Source: an uncultured bacterium (lineage in GTDB: Bacteria; Patescibacteriota; Minisyncoccia; UBA6257; 2-01-FULL-56-20). From it: a DNA stretch of 64,000 nucleotides. The stretch lies in NCBI GenBank assembly GCA_963844965.1, contig CAWJQC010000007.1:224001-288000 (forward strand). Reading direction: 5' to 3'. Shown piece after piece: positions 37,489-46,440 of this stretch. The translations under genes and the position numbers were made by a program. Within the stretch, counting starts at the first letter, position 1; every line of letters starts with the position of its first letter. Under the pieces are notes generated by a model that was not told the origin of the DNA, searched no databases, and saw nothing but the letters and a program-made list of their open reading frames with translations.

Positions 37489-37545
37489 TTTGTTATAATT
37501 AATCGCAGTAATCTTTATACGGGCCGCTTTCGGGGGTGATGTGGC

Positions 37546-37800
37546 ATGTCCGAACTTGTCTATGACCTGGAGGTCGCTTTTGTGCTGCTCGTGATAGCAG
37601 CTTTGTTCTTTGCCGCCGCTACTATTTTTTTGGCTTATGCCTTACCGAGCCACACCGCAAGAATGCATAAAAAAGTCAACGGCTGGTTGCAGAACGATAG
37701 AGTTCTCGGGTCAATTTCCGCCCACTATCGTTTTTTGGAAAAAAAATTGAAGGATTTTTCCCGCACCATTCATTTGCCAAGAATGCCTCGCCGCAAATGA
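37546..37800 (+). CDS. Hypothetical small membrane protein
   Basis: 84 aa, one TM helix, basic C-terminus. Confidence 0.4.
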   Translation: MSELVYDLEVAFVLLVIAALFFAAATIFLAYALPSHTARMHKKVNGWLQNDRVLGSISAHYRFLEKKLKDFSRTIHLPRMPRRK

Positions 37801-37857
37801 GCCCGGTCGCGCTTTATGCGATCGGGATTTTTATTATTTCTGTCGGTTTGGGCGGCC

Positions 37858-39429
37858 CTATTTTATATAAAACTTCAACGCGTCTGCCGGAATATCCTTT
37901 TCGTCCTGCGGCAGGACGTAGTGGACGTTTTTGGCTTGTTGGTCTTGTGGCAGATAAGTATTTGTAATGAACATAACGGTTTCGGCGGGCATGGGAATGC
38001 CGTGGACGAGCACGCCGCCTGCCTCTACGATAATGTATTTGGGCGCGTCGGGCGGAAGCGCATTTATCTCGCGCCCGATTTCAACGTAGTTGGAACTGAA
38101 CGCATCGTAGACGTTCGGATTTTTCGCCCAGACGATGAAATAGGAATTGTATGCTTCCAAAATAAGCAGAGCGAAGAAAAAACAGACGCAGCATTTTACG
38201 ACCATCCGCATTTTCGTGCCCTCTTTGTACATCGCTGCCAGTTTGTTGTAAAGCCATATCCCTCCGGCCGCAGCGAGCATTATGACCGGCGGTATCATGA
38301 GAATGGAGCGCAGAGCGTGTGGCAGGGCTTCGTTTGAAATTACGACGGGCAGGGCCGCGAGAAAAAGCCAGCCGAACGTGGTCCAATAACCGAAGTCGGA
38401 TTCCTGAAACAATTTTGAGAAATTGATATCACGGCGGTCGGCGTGTTTGTTCTCTAGAATAGTTACTTGCTTAGCATTTCGGATTCTGTGTTGAATTGCC
38501 CGGTAAATTTGCTTCAGGCCCAAGAATAACCCGAGTAGGAATATTATGCCTACAGGCCAGAACAGTTCGGGCGCGCCGCTTATGTTGTGCCGCCAGTTCC
38601 AGTCGCCGTGAATATTGAACATGCCCGCGGTTTTGAGGATATTCACCCCGAGATCCTTAAGCGGCGTTGGCGAGCTGAAGATGGAGATTTGGGAAGTGCG
38701 TCCGAGGAAATCCGCCGGATTGTGGAGGAAATAAACGCCGATGGGCAACGCCGTGAGAAAGGCGAGAAGCAGGAAGAGAGAGGATAGAAGGTAAAATTTT
38801 TTTTGCCACCCCTCGCTTTTAGATTTCTGCCAGAAATATATCAATATGAACAAAACCAAAAGCGGCGTGTCGCGATAGGCGATATAGGTGTAGAAACCGA
38901 GGCCGTAGAGAATACCAGCAAATATAGAACACATAACATAGAGCAGGGGTTTTTGGGCGCGGAATGTTTTTATCAGCAGATAGACGGCCCAGACGAGTAT
39001 CAGTGGCGCCATGATGGCGCGGAAGCTGATGCGCGAGAAATTTATGTGCCAGAAATTCGTGGCGAGAAGGAACGCCGAAAGCAGGCCGACGCTTACGGAG
39101 CCGAAGAGTTCGGTCGCGAGGAAATAAATTCCGAGAACGGTTAGGATGCCGTAAATCGCCGAAGGCAAACGCAGAACCCACGGCTCGTTAACGCCGAAAA
39201 ATTTCAGAAAGACGGCTTGAACGTTCATGAATAGTCCTTCGCGTCCGTTGTTTTCGGGATAAAAAACCTTAAACTGACCGGTGTGCAGCGCCTCAGTGGC
39301 GTTGTTGCCATCCATCGCCTCATCGGGATACAGACCTGGCGGGACGGTCGTTATTTTGTATAGCCGCAGGAAGCTTGCTATAATAATAATTGCAAGCAAT
39401 AACCAAAAGATTTTTGATTTCGTACCCAC
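37858..39429 (-). CDS. Glycosyltransferase family 39/83 (ArnT / PMT-like dolichyl-phosphate-mannose-type glycosyltransferase)
   Basis: 523 aa, polytopic; N-terminal YPDEA-like motif region and overall ArnT-like topology. Confidence 0.75.
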   Translation of the reverse strand: MGTKSKIFWLLLAIIIIASFLRLYKITTVPPGLYPDEAMDGNNATEALHTGQFKVFYPENNGREGLFMNVQAVFLKFFGVNEPWVLRLPSAIYGILTVLGIYFLATELFGSVSVGLLSAFLLATNFWHINFSRISFRAIMAPLILVWAVYLLIKTFRAQKPLLYVMCSIFAGILYGLGFYTYIAYRDTPLLVLFILIYFWQKSKSEGWQKKFYLLSSLFLLLAFLTALPIGVYFLHNPADFLGRTSQISIFSSPTPLKDLGVNILKTAGMFNIHGDWNWRHNISGAPELFWPVGIIFLLGLFLGLKQIYRAIQHRIRNAKQVTILENKHADRRDINFSKLFQESDFGYWTTFGWLFLAALPVVISNEALPHALRSILMIPPVIMLAAAGGIWLYNKLAAMYKEGTKMRMVVKCCVCFFFALLILEAYNSYFIVWAKNPNVYDAFSSNYVEIGREINALPPDAPKYIIVEAGGVLVHGIPMPAETVMFITNTYLPQDQQAKNVHYVLPQDEKDIPADALKFYIK

Positions 39430-39468
39430 ACATACATTTTATATTTTATATTCTATATTCTCAAACTT

Positions 39469-39882
39469 ATGCCCGATCAACAATTCCAATCGTTTGAACA
39501 TGCGGCTCTTGAAGCGGATATCAAAGTCTTGGCCGAGGAGATACGAAAGCACCGCGAGTCGCCCGAGGGCGAGAATTTGGCCGGGAAAGAACTATTGAAG
39601 CAGGCAATCAAATTGTTGCCGCAGACCGGTCCTCAAGATCAGACGTCACCGCCACCGTCTCCGTCTTCTTCCGCCAAGAATCCTCTGCCGGATTATGCCC
39701 AGAACGCGTCGGCCGAGGTGAAACTTGAAATTGAATATCTCTTGGATGTGGCTTTCCATCAAGGCATCGCGAAAGCTAACGCCGAAGCGCAAAAATCGCC
39801 GCCGTTTATTTTGGATGCGTTCCACGACGCTCTGGCCGGAAAACTTTATCCGGAGTTGCAGAGAAGGGGAATGCTGAAGTAA
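39469..39882 (+). CDS. Hypothetical protein with a Pro/Ser-rich linker, 12 nt upstream of the T4CP-like ATPase
   Basis: 137-aa ORF, probably cotranscribed with the following gene. Confidence 0.45.
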   Translation: MPDQQFQSFEHAALEADIKVLAEEIRKHRESPEGENLAGKELLKQAIKLLPQTGPQDQTSPPPSPSSSAKNPLPDYAQNASAEVKLEIEYLLDVAFHQGIAKANAEAQKSPPFILDAFHDALAGKLYPELQRRGMLK

Positions 39883-39894
39883 TTTCAGGGCTCA

Positions 39895-42288
39895 ATGGCC
39901 ATTTATCTCGTAATTTCATTTTCGATCGGCGCCGTCTTGGGCGTTTGCGTTTATTTTATAGGGAGATTTTTCGTCAGGCGCAGGTTATTTGAATCCCTGA
40001 ATTACGCGCTGTTTTTGGTCAAGCTCCCGCGGGAGGCGGTTCCCGAAAAAACCGAGAGTGCTGAAGGGCGTGATTTCAAAGTTCAACTCGCCCACTTTGA
40101 GCAGCTCTTGGGCGGTCTCCTGGCCATAAAGAAACCGGTTGTTTTTGAAGTGGCCGTTCCGCACCTCGGCGAGGAGATACATTTTTACATGTCGGTTCCG
40201 AAGTTTTCTGGCGAGACCGCTACGAAGCTGATCCAGGGTTTGTGGAGCGGCGCAAGCGTTGAGCTCGCGCCGGACGATTTTAATATATTTAACGTTAATG
40301 GTGCGGCTGCGGCGGCGTACTTGGAGCAAAAAGAAAGTTACGCCTTGCCGGTGAGAACTTACAGCGAACTGGGGATTGACTCTTTTGAATCCATCGTCGG
40401 CGCGTTTTCAAAGATAAAGGAAATAGGTGAAGGAGCCGCTTTGCAGTTGGTTTTCCGTCCGGCTCCCGCCAAGCTGAAGAGAAAAGTGCACGGTTACATA
40501 AACCTGCTCAAAAAGGGGGTGCCGCTCAAAAAAGTTCTGAATTACGAGTTTCCGGTTGGCATTTCGGATATCGGAGAGATATTCAATCCGAAGACGAAGG
40601 AGAAAATACAGGAAGAGAAAAGCGAACGCGTGATTGACGAAGAAGCCGTGAAAGCGCTCACGGCGAAGATCACGAAGCCGCTTTTTGAGGTCAACGTGCG
40701 GCTCGTCGCCTCGGCGCCGTCGGAATTCCAGGCGAAGGATATCCTGGACGGTATGACGGCTGGTTTCAGCCAGTTTGCCGCACCGCTCAGGAACAGTTTC
40801 AAGATTATAAGGGCGCGCAACCCTAAGGGTCTGATTCGCCAGTTTATTTTCCGAAATTTTGACGCCGGCAAGAAGATGGTGTTGTCAAGCGAAGAAATCG
40901 CGAGCATTTATCATTTGCCAATCTCTTCCACCGAGACGCCGAAAATAAAATGGCTGAAGTCAAGGGAGGCGCCGCCGCCGCCGAATCTGCCCGCGACAGG
41001 CGTTCTCGTGGGCGAGAGCGTTTTTCGTGGTCAGAGAAAACCCATTTATATCACGGACGCGGATCGCAGACAGCACGTGTATATTATCGGTCAGACCGGC
41101 ACGGGCAAAACGACCTTGATCGGCGACATGGTGCTTGAAGATATCAAAAGCGGCAAAGGAGTCGCGATAATTGACCCGCACGGCGATCTGGTCGCGAACG
41201 CCCTGAGCTTCGTTCCCAAGGAGCGCATTGACGACTTGATTTATTTCAATACGGGAGATTTAGAACGTCCGCTCGGTTTGAATATGATTGACTACAATTT
41301 CAACCGCCCGGAAGAAAAGACGTTCATTGTGAACGAGATGCAGGGCATTTTCAACAGGTTGTTCGTCGCCGAGACCATGGGGCCGATGTTTGAACAGTAC
41401 ATGAGGAACGCTCTCCTGCTTCTCATGGAAGATATGCCTAACGAGCCGGCGACCCTGATAGAAGTGCCGCGGGTTTTTACGGACACAGAGTACCGCATGC
41501 GCAAGCTTGAAAGGATCCAGAACCCGGTGGTCGTTGACTTCTGGGAAAAAGAAGCGGTAAAAGCCGGCGGCGAAGCGTCATTGGCGAACATGACGCCCTA
41601 CATCACCTCCAAGTTCAACAATTTTATCGCCAACGACTATGTCCGCCCGATTATCGGGCAGGCGAAGTCGGCGTTCAACTTCAGGCAAGCGATGGACGAA
41701 GGAAAAATTTTGCTCATAAACCTGTCAAAAGGAAAGATAGGGGATATCAACGCCGGACTTCTCGGCATGATATTCACGGGAAAACTTTTGATGGCTGCTC
41801 TTTCGCGCGTGGACGTGCCGGATATTTCTAAACGCCGCGACTTTTATCTTTATATAGACGAGTTCCAGAACTTCACGACCGATTCCATTTCCACGATCCT
41901 CGCCGAAGCGCGGAAGTACCGTCTGAATTTGACTATGGCCCACCAGTTCATCGCCCAGCTTACGGAGAAAATACGCGATTCCGTTTTCGGCAACGTCGGT
42001 TCACAGCTCGTCTTCCGCGTTGGCGCGCAGGACGCGGAATTTCTCGTCAAGCAGTTTGAACCGACGTTCAATCAGAACGATCTGTCAAATATAGACAACC
42101 TGAACGCCTACGCGAAGATTCTCATAAACGGCATGACCTCAAAGCCGTTCAATTTGAAAATTCTGGGCACTTCCTGGAACCACGGCGACCGCGAACTCGC
42201 GGAGAAGCTTAAAGAGTATTCGCGCACGAAGTACGGCATGGACCGGCACGTAATAGAAGAGGAAATTTACAGAAGGTTGAGAGAATAA
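39895..42288 (+). CDS. TraD/TraG/VirD4-like type IV coupling protein-type P-loop ATPase with an N-terminal TM anchor
   Basis: HVYIIGQTGTGKTT Walker A followed by AIIDPHGDL and YFNTGDLERPLGLNMIDYN (T4CP-like DPKGE / NPL region); Walker B LYIDEFQNF; 797 aa. Confidence 0.6.
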   Translation: MAIYLVISFSIGAVLGVCVYFIGRFFVRRRLFESLNYALFLVKLPREAVPEKTESAEGRDFKVQLAHFEQLLGGLLAIKKPVVFEVAVPHLGEEIHFYMSVPKFSGETATKLIQGLWSGASVELAPDDFNIFNVNGAAAAAYLEQKESYALPVRTYSELGIDSFESIVGAFSKIKEIGEGAALQLVFRPAPAKLKRKVHGYINLLKKGVPLKKVLNYEFPVGISDIGEIFNPKTKEKIQEEKSERVIDEEAVKALTAKITKPLFEVNVRLVASAPSEFQAKDILDGMTAGFSQFAAPLRNSFKIIRARNPKGLIRQFIFRNFDAGKKMVLSSEEIASIYHLPISSTETPKIKWLKSREAPPPPNLPATGVLVGESVFRGQRKPIYITDADRRQHVYIIGQTGTGKTTLIGDMVLEDIKSGKGVAIIDPHGDLVANALSFVPKERIDDLIYFNTGDLERPLGLNMIDYNFNRPEEKTFIVNEMQGIFNRLFVAETMGPMFEQYMRNALLLLMEDMPNEPATLIEVPRVFTDTEYRMRKLERIQNPVVVDFWEKEAVKAGGEASLANMTPYITSKFNNFIANDYVRPIIGQAKSAFNFRQAMDEGKILLINLSKGKIGDINAGLLGMIFTGKLLMAALSRVDVPDISKRRDFYLYIDEFQNFTTDSISTILAEARKYRLNLTMAHQFIAQLTEKIRDSVFGNVGSQLVFRVGAQDAEFLVKQFEPTFNQNDLSNIDNLNAYAKILINGMTSKPFNLKILGTSWNHGDRELAEKLKEYSRTKYGMDRHVIEEEIYRRLRE

Positions 42289-42642
42289 AAACCACCGCCT
42301 TAGCGGTGGCACGGGAGCCGTCCTCTGTTCTAGTCTTTTTTTTGCGGTTTTTCTTTTCCGGTTTTTCCCGGAAAAGAGAAAATTTGCCGAACGCATTTTG
42401 CCGTTGCCCTCCTGAACGAAGATGTTGAACTTCAGGCCCAGCGATTCTTTGCTGTCCACGAAAGTTCTGACCTTGCGAGCGTCGCCGTCCACAAGCCAAA
42501 CGTCGTGTTTCCCTCCTTCGTTGTCAGGGACGCCGCGAAAAGCGTTTTCTTCTGGAAACTCTCTGGAGAAGAACGTATTAGTATGTGCGTTAAGCGGTTC
42601 CACAAACCATCTATACTGGCGGCCTTTCTCCTCTTTAGCCAA
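42139..42642 (-). CDS. Hypothetical ORF; only the N-terminal ~85 codons lie in intergenic space, the rest reads through a hairpin and overlaps the T4CP gene 3' end
   Basis: ORF track entry; the C-terminal half has a basic low-complexity composition suggesting read-through. Confidence 0.25.
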   Translation of the reverse strand: MAKEEKGRQYRWFVEPLNAHTNTFFSREFPEENAFRGVPDNEGGKHDVWLVDGDARKVRTFVDSKESLGLKFNIFVQEGNGKMRSANFLFSGKNRKRKTAKKRLEQRTAPVPPLRRWFLFSQPSVNFLFYYVPVHAVLRARILFKLLREFAVAVVPGSAQNFQIERL

Positions 42643-42820
42643 CTGGCACCTCCTTGTTGTTGATCCTGCTGATTTGAACTGGTTTGATAGTAGAGGAAAT
42701 ATTTCCTCCGGTCAACTGCGCGGGGCATTCCGCGGGGAGCGGAGAACGCGGCCCTGGTCCGTTTGCTACAATCTTGCGGCAGTAATATTATTTAAAGCAA
42801 CATCTGAAAACCTCAAATAA

Positions 42821-43993
42821 ATGAAGAATTTTATGAAGACGGTTTGTTTCACTATAGCGGCGGTTGTCCCGCTCGGTTGCATTTCCGCTGTTTTTGCCGC
42901 CGCGCCGTTTTACTACGCCGGTTGGATACCATTTTGGCAGGAGCAGAGCGGGGCGCACGACATCGCGCCGCATCTCGGCAACGTTCGTGAGGTAAGCCCG
43001 TTCTCTTATGAAGTGAATTCCGACGGCACGCTTGTGGACGACCTGCATATCAACCAAGGTTTTTGGCCGGCGTGGCTCGCCGCCGTGCGCGACGGCGGCG
43101 TAAAGGTAATCCCGACCATCGCCTGGTTTGACGGGAGCAGTATCCAAAAACTACTCTCCAACAAAACGCTTCGCATAAAACACGAAGACATAATCGCAAA
43201 GTTGGTTAAGGACAATAAATTTGACGGCATTGACATTGACTATGAAGGTAAGCTCGCGGCAACGAAGCCCTATTTTTCGCTTTTAATCCAAGGACTCGCG
43301 ACGCGTTTGCACGGAATGAAAAAAACTCTTTCCTGCACGGTTGAAGCGCGCACGCCGCCCGCGTCCATATATGTCACAGTTCCCAATCCGCTCCGCTACG
43401 CCAATGATTACGCGGTTCTGAACAAATATTGCGACGAGGTGCGCATAATGACTTATGACCAGGGGACGATTGATTTGAAATTGGACGCCGCTAAGGGCAA
43501 CGGGAAACTCTACGCGCCGGTCGCGGATACGGATTGGGTTGAAAAGGTCATCAAGGAGACGATAAAAACGATAAGCCGCAAGAAAATAATGCTCGGCGTT
43601 CCAACATATGGTTATGAATATGAAGCTACGTGGTCGGAAGGAGTGACGACTTATCGCCGGCTGCGCAGTCTGAATTATTTCACCGCCATGCAACTAGCGA
43701 ACTCCGCTGGCGCGGTCGCTTTGCGCAATAACGCCGGCGAGCTCGGTTTTTGGTACACTTCAAGCACGCTTATAGAGACATCGGCGGCGCTCCGCACAGA
43801 TGTCTCATCAACAATTCCTTTGGAGATTGTCTCTTCCACCGCCAATGGCGGCATAACGCGCTTCGCGTCGTTCAGCGACGCGGGATCCGCCGCGGCGAAG
43901 ATCGCGCTTGCCAAACATTACGGTCTCCGCGGGGTCGTTTTCTTCAAATTTGACGGCGGTTTTGACCCCTTGCTTTGGTCAAAGATGAACTGA
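42821..43993 (+). CDS. Secreted glycoside hydrolase family 18 (chitinase / peptidoglycan hydrolase-like)
   Basis: Signal peptide; GH18 catalytic motif DGIDIDYE (DxxDxDxE). Confidence 0.8.
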   Translation: MKNFMKTVCFTIAAVVPLGCISAVFAAAPFYYAGWIPFWQEQSGAHDIAPHLGNVREVSPFSYEVNSDGTLVDDLHINQGFWPAWLAAVRDGGVKVIPTIAWFDGSSIQKLLSNKTLRIKHEDIIAKLVKDNKFDGIDIDYEGKLAATKPYFSLLIQGLATRLHGMKKTLSCTVEARTPPASIYVTVPNPLRYANDYAVLNKYCDEVRIMTYDQGTIDLKLDAAKGNGKLYAPVADTDWVEKVIKETIKTISRKKIMLGVPTYGYEYEATWSEGVTTYRRLRSLNYFTAMQLANSAGAVALRNNAGELGFWYTSSTLIETSAALRTDVSSTIPLEIVSSTANGGITRFASFSDAGSAAAKIALAKHYGLRGVVFFKFDGGFDPLLWSKMN

Positions 43994-44183
43994 GGCCGGA
44001 GCTTATTTATGCTTTGCCGCAAACTTCGTTTTGCTCCGCCTCAAGTTGCGCGAAATACATTTATAATCTATATTATCTTCAGTCGCCTTTTGAGATTATA
44101 GTTCGTAAGTTCGGAAAAGGGGGTGCCTTACGGAAAAAATCTGCGACCTTGATTACTTTTTCGCGAGGGACGGCATCGTTTAT

Positions 44184-45080
44184 TTGGTGAGGGGATATTA
44201 TCATCCGTCTGAGGGAGTTCTCGCTTACCCCGTTTTTTGGCCAGACGAGAGTGGCGACCGTTTGCATCCTTGGCGCGGCAGATACCGGAAAGACGTTAAA
44301 GAGTTCAATGAGAAAATTTTTTCGCTGCATCCGGAATATCGCCACAATTTCGTTCCGCGCAATTGTCCGCTCGTGCCTTGGAGCGATATTGATGAAGTTC
44401 TCCATCCGAGGAGCAAGACGCGGATATTTCTGGAGCGGGAGAAGCGAACGGTGTGGCACGCCATAATTCTTTACCTGGCGGAGAAACTCTCCGTTCCGCT
44501 TGAAGACATAGGAATTTTCGGCTCGTACCTTGTGGACCTCAACAGGAATATGGATGGCCAGCACGTAAAAGACGTTGATATCGCCATTTACGGGTTTGAT
44601 AATTTTGTCGCCGTAAAGAACGGTATGGAAAAGCTGCTTCACCACTTCGGATTCGGGCATATTTCCGAAGACCATATCCGCTACCACGCGGAGAAATTCG
44701 GCAGAGAGTTTTCTCCTCGGGCTAATTCGTTCGAGAAGACGCTTGCGAACAAATGGTCGTCAATCCAGATCAGACCTGGACTTTTGAGCACGCTCCGGTT
44801 CGTGTATAAAGAAAACGAGATTCCGCCGAATCCGGTGCAAAGCGGTATCGTGGATGTTTGCAGGATCGTCGGTGAAGTTACGGATGACTCCGGTTGTAAT
44901 TTCGTGCCGCGAGTTTTCAGAGTGAACGCGGGCGGGACGGAGTGCACCGTGGTTACGTATTGCTGGGCGTTCCAGGCGTGCGTGAAGAAGGGCGACCGCG
45001 TGGCAGTTACAGGAAACTTGCACGAAGATCGCCGTACCGTGAGCATTGACGCCCCCCAGCAAGGCATAAAGATCCTATGA
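44184..45080 (+). CDS. Predicted nucleotidyltransferase (Pol-beta superfamily fold) with a C-terminal OB-fold-like region
   Basis: GIFGSYLVDLNRNMDGQHVKDVDIAIYG matches the GS...DhD nucleotidyltransferase motif; TTG start, N-terminus uncertain. Confidence 0.5.
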   Translation: MVRGYYHPSEGVLAYPVFWPDESGDRLHPWRGRYRKDVKEFNEKIFSLHPEYRHNFVPRNCPLVPWSDIDEVLHPRSKTRIFLEREKRTVWHAIILYLAEKLSVPLEDIGIFGSYLVDLNRNMDGQHVKDVDIAIYGFDNFVAVKNGMEKLLHHFGFGHISEDHIRYHAEKFGREFSPRANSFEKTLANKWSSIQIRPGLLSTLRFVYKENEIPPNPVQSGIVDVCRIVGEVTDDSGCNFVPRVFRVNAGGTECTVVTYCWAFQACVKKGDRVAVTGNLHEDRRTVSIDAPQQGIKIL

Positions 45081-45112
45081 GAACTTTTTCTGGAAAAAAG
45101 AACGCCACGGAG

Positions 45113-45784
45113 TTAAACCGTGGCATTTTTTCGAACCCGTTCTTGTTTTTTGAGACAATCAACGAGATATTTTACGATCTTTTCGCAATTTTCTTCCGGA
45201 GTGGTGCTCACAAAAACTGCGACATTATGCTTCCTGGCGTCATCAATAAGGAAGTTTTGCTGTATCTTTTCAATGCGCCAGATCTTTTCGCTTAGCCAAG
45301 CCTTCTGAACGCCATGGCGCCTGTCGAATTTCTTCGCCAGAAGTTCCTTGTGGTGAGCGTGGTTTCTGGCGATAAGCAAGATGTGGAATACCCTTGCTTC
45401 CGGGATGTTTTGGTATAGGGACGGGAGAAGATGCACTCCTTCAATCATTGTGTTTTCCCCGACTCTAATGATATTTTTTCGGATAATCGCCCTGGCGCCT
45501 CTCCGCAACGCGCGGCAGTGGCCGAGAAAACCTTTCGCGAAATTGCTTTCTGTGGACTTGCCGAACAATCTCCAGCGGTTATGGCTTCTGCCTTGTATAA
45601 TCGGCCGGCGGTCGTAAAGGCGCATGACGTCGCGTATTTCGTCCATGCCGATGACGGTGGCGAACCTGAGGGCAGCGGCGAGCAGCACGGCCGTTGACGA
45701 TTTTCTGGTCCCGGCCATGCCGCAGATGAGGATCAATACCGGCCTCTTTCCTTCCGTGAATTTCTTCACGAGCCATTTGTTCAT
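45113..45784 (-). CDS. P-loop kinase, 2-phosphoglycerate kinase-like (COG2074)
   Basis: Walker A ILICGMAGTRKSS and VIGMDEIRDVMR motif typical of the 2PGK family. Confidence 0.55.
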   Translation of the reverse strand: MNKWLVKKFTEGKRPVLILICGMAGTRKSSTAVLLAAALRFATVIGMDEIRDVMRLYDRRPIIQGRSHNRWRLFGKSTESNFAKGFLGHCRALRRGARAIIRKNIIRVGENTMIEGVHLLPSLYQNIPEARVFHILLIARNHAHHKELLAKKFDRRHGVQKAWLSEKIWRIEKIQQNFLIDDARKHNVAVFVSTTPEENCEKIVKYLVDCLKKQERVRKNATV

Positions 45785-46087
45785 TTATGCCTCCTTTCGC
45801 TTAGCGGTGCATCTTTTCAATTTTCGCAAGACCATCGCTAGTGCGCAATAAGCATTTACATCGGTCTTTTTCGCGAGTTCAAGGAACGCTTCCGCTTCTT
45901 TTATCCAGCGGGGAAATTTAGCGCGATTGGGATTTGATCGCGGTATGAGCGGGGCGCGCCTTATCGTGTCATACTTGTCGGCAATGCCAAGGAGTTTTAT
46001 TCCCCGGCTTCCGTTGCGGACAAAATCATTGAAGAACCGCGCCTTGAGGATTTTCTTCTCGGCTTCGGTTTCGTGGGCTTCTGGCAT
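45785..46087 (-). CDS. C-terminal half of an HD-domain (p)ppGpp-hydrolase-like (SpoT/Mesh1-type) protein
   Basis: IKLLGIADKYDTIRR resembles the IKLADRLHNMRTL region; own AAGGAG RBS; starts 8 nt after the stop of the N-terminal half. Confidence 0.5.
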   Translation of the reverse strand: MPEAHETEAEKKILKARFFNDFVRNGSRGIKLLGIADKYDTIRRAPLIPRSNPNRAKFPRWIKEAEAFLELAKKTDVNAYCALAMVLRKLKRCTAKRKEA

Positions 46088-46092
46088 CCGAG

Positions 46093-46419
46093 TTACTCCT
46101 TTAACGATATCGTGTGTTTCGGGACGAATAGGTGCTCAATCGTTTCCAGCGCAACGCCGCCGTCTTCCACGACGTCGTGCAGAAGGGCGGCGGCAAGCAG
46201 ATGGTAATCGCGGACACGGAACGTTTCAAAGAGAAAATTGAACACGGCGAGCGGATGGACGAAGTACGGATATGATTCAATTCCGAATTTTTTCTGCCCC
46301 CGATGCGCCGCTTCAGCCATGTTGTATGCCCGCCAGAGCGCCGATTGTTCGGCGCAGGTAAGTTGCCTGGCGTTCTTCATGAATCGGCGCTTTGCGGCTT
46401 TGAGCGATGGGTAACGCAT
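46093..46419 (-). CDS. N-terminal half of an HD-domain (p)ppGpp-hydrolase-like protein
   Basis: AHRGQKKFGIESYPYFVHPLAV...LLAAALLHDVVED matches the RelA/SpoT HD hydrolase N-terminus; ends at TAA in the middle of the domain. Confidence 0.55.
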   Translation of the reverse strand: MRYPSLKAAKRRFMKNARQLTCAEQSALWRAYNMAEAAHRGQKKFGIESYPYFVHPLAVFNFLFETFRVRDYHLLAAALLHDVVEDGGVALETIEHLFVPKHTISLKE

Positions 46420-46440
46420 GCGGCCTCCTTTCTTTGCGGG

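Noticed and set aside
44184-45080. Calling the nucleotidyltransferase a CBASS cyclase
   Set aside because: The GS...DhD motif is generic for Pol-beta-fold NTases. No Cap effector, E1/E2-like or CARF/SAVED partner is nearby.
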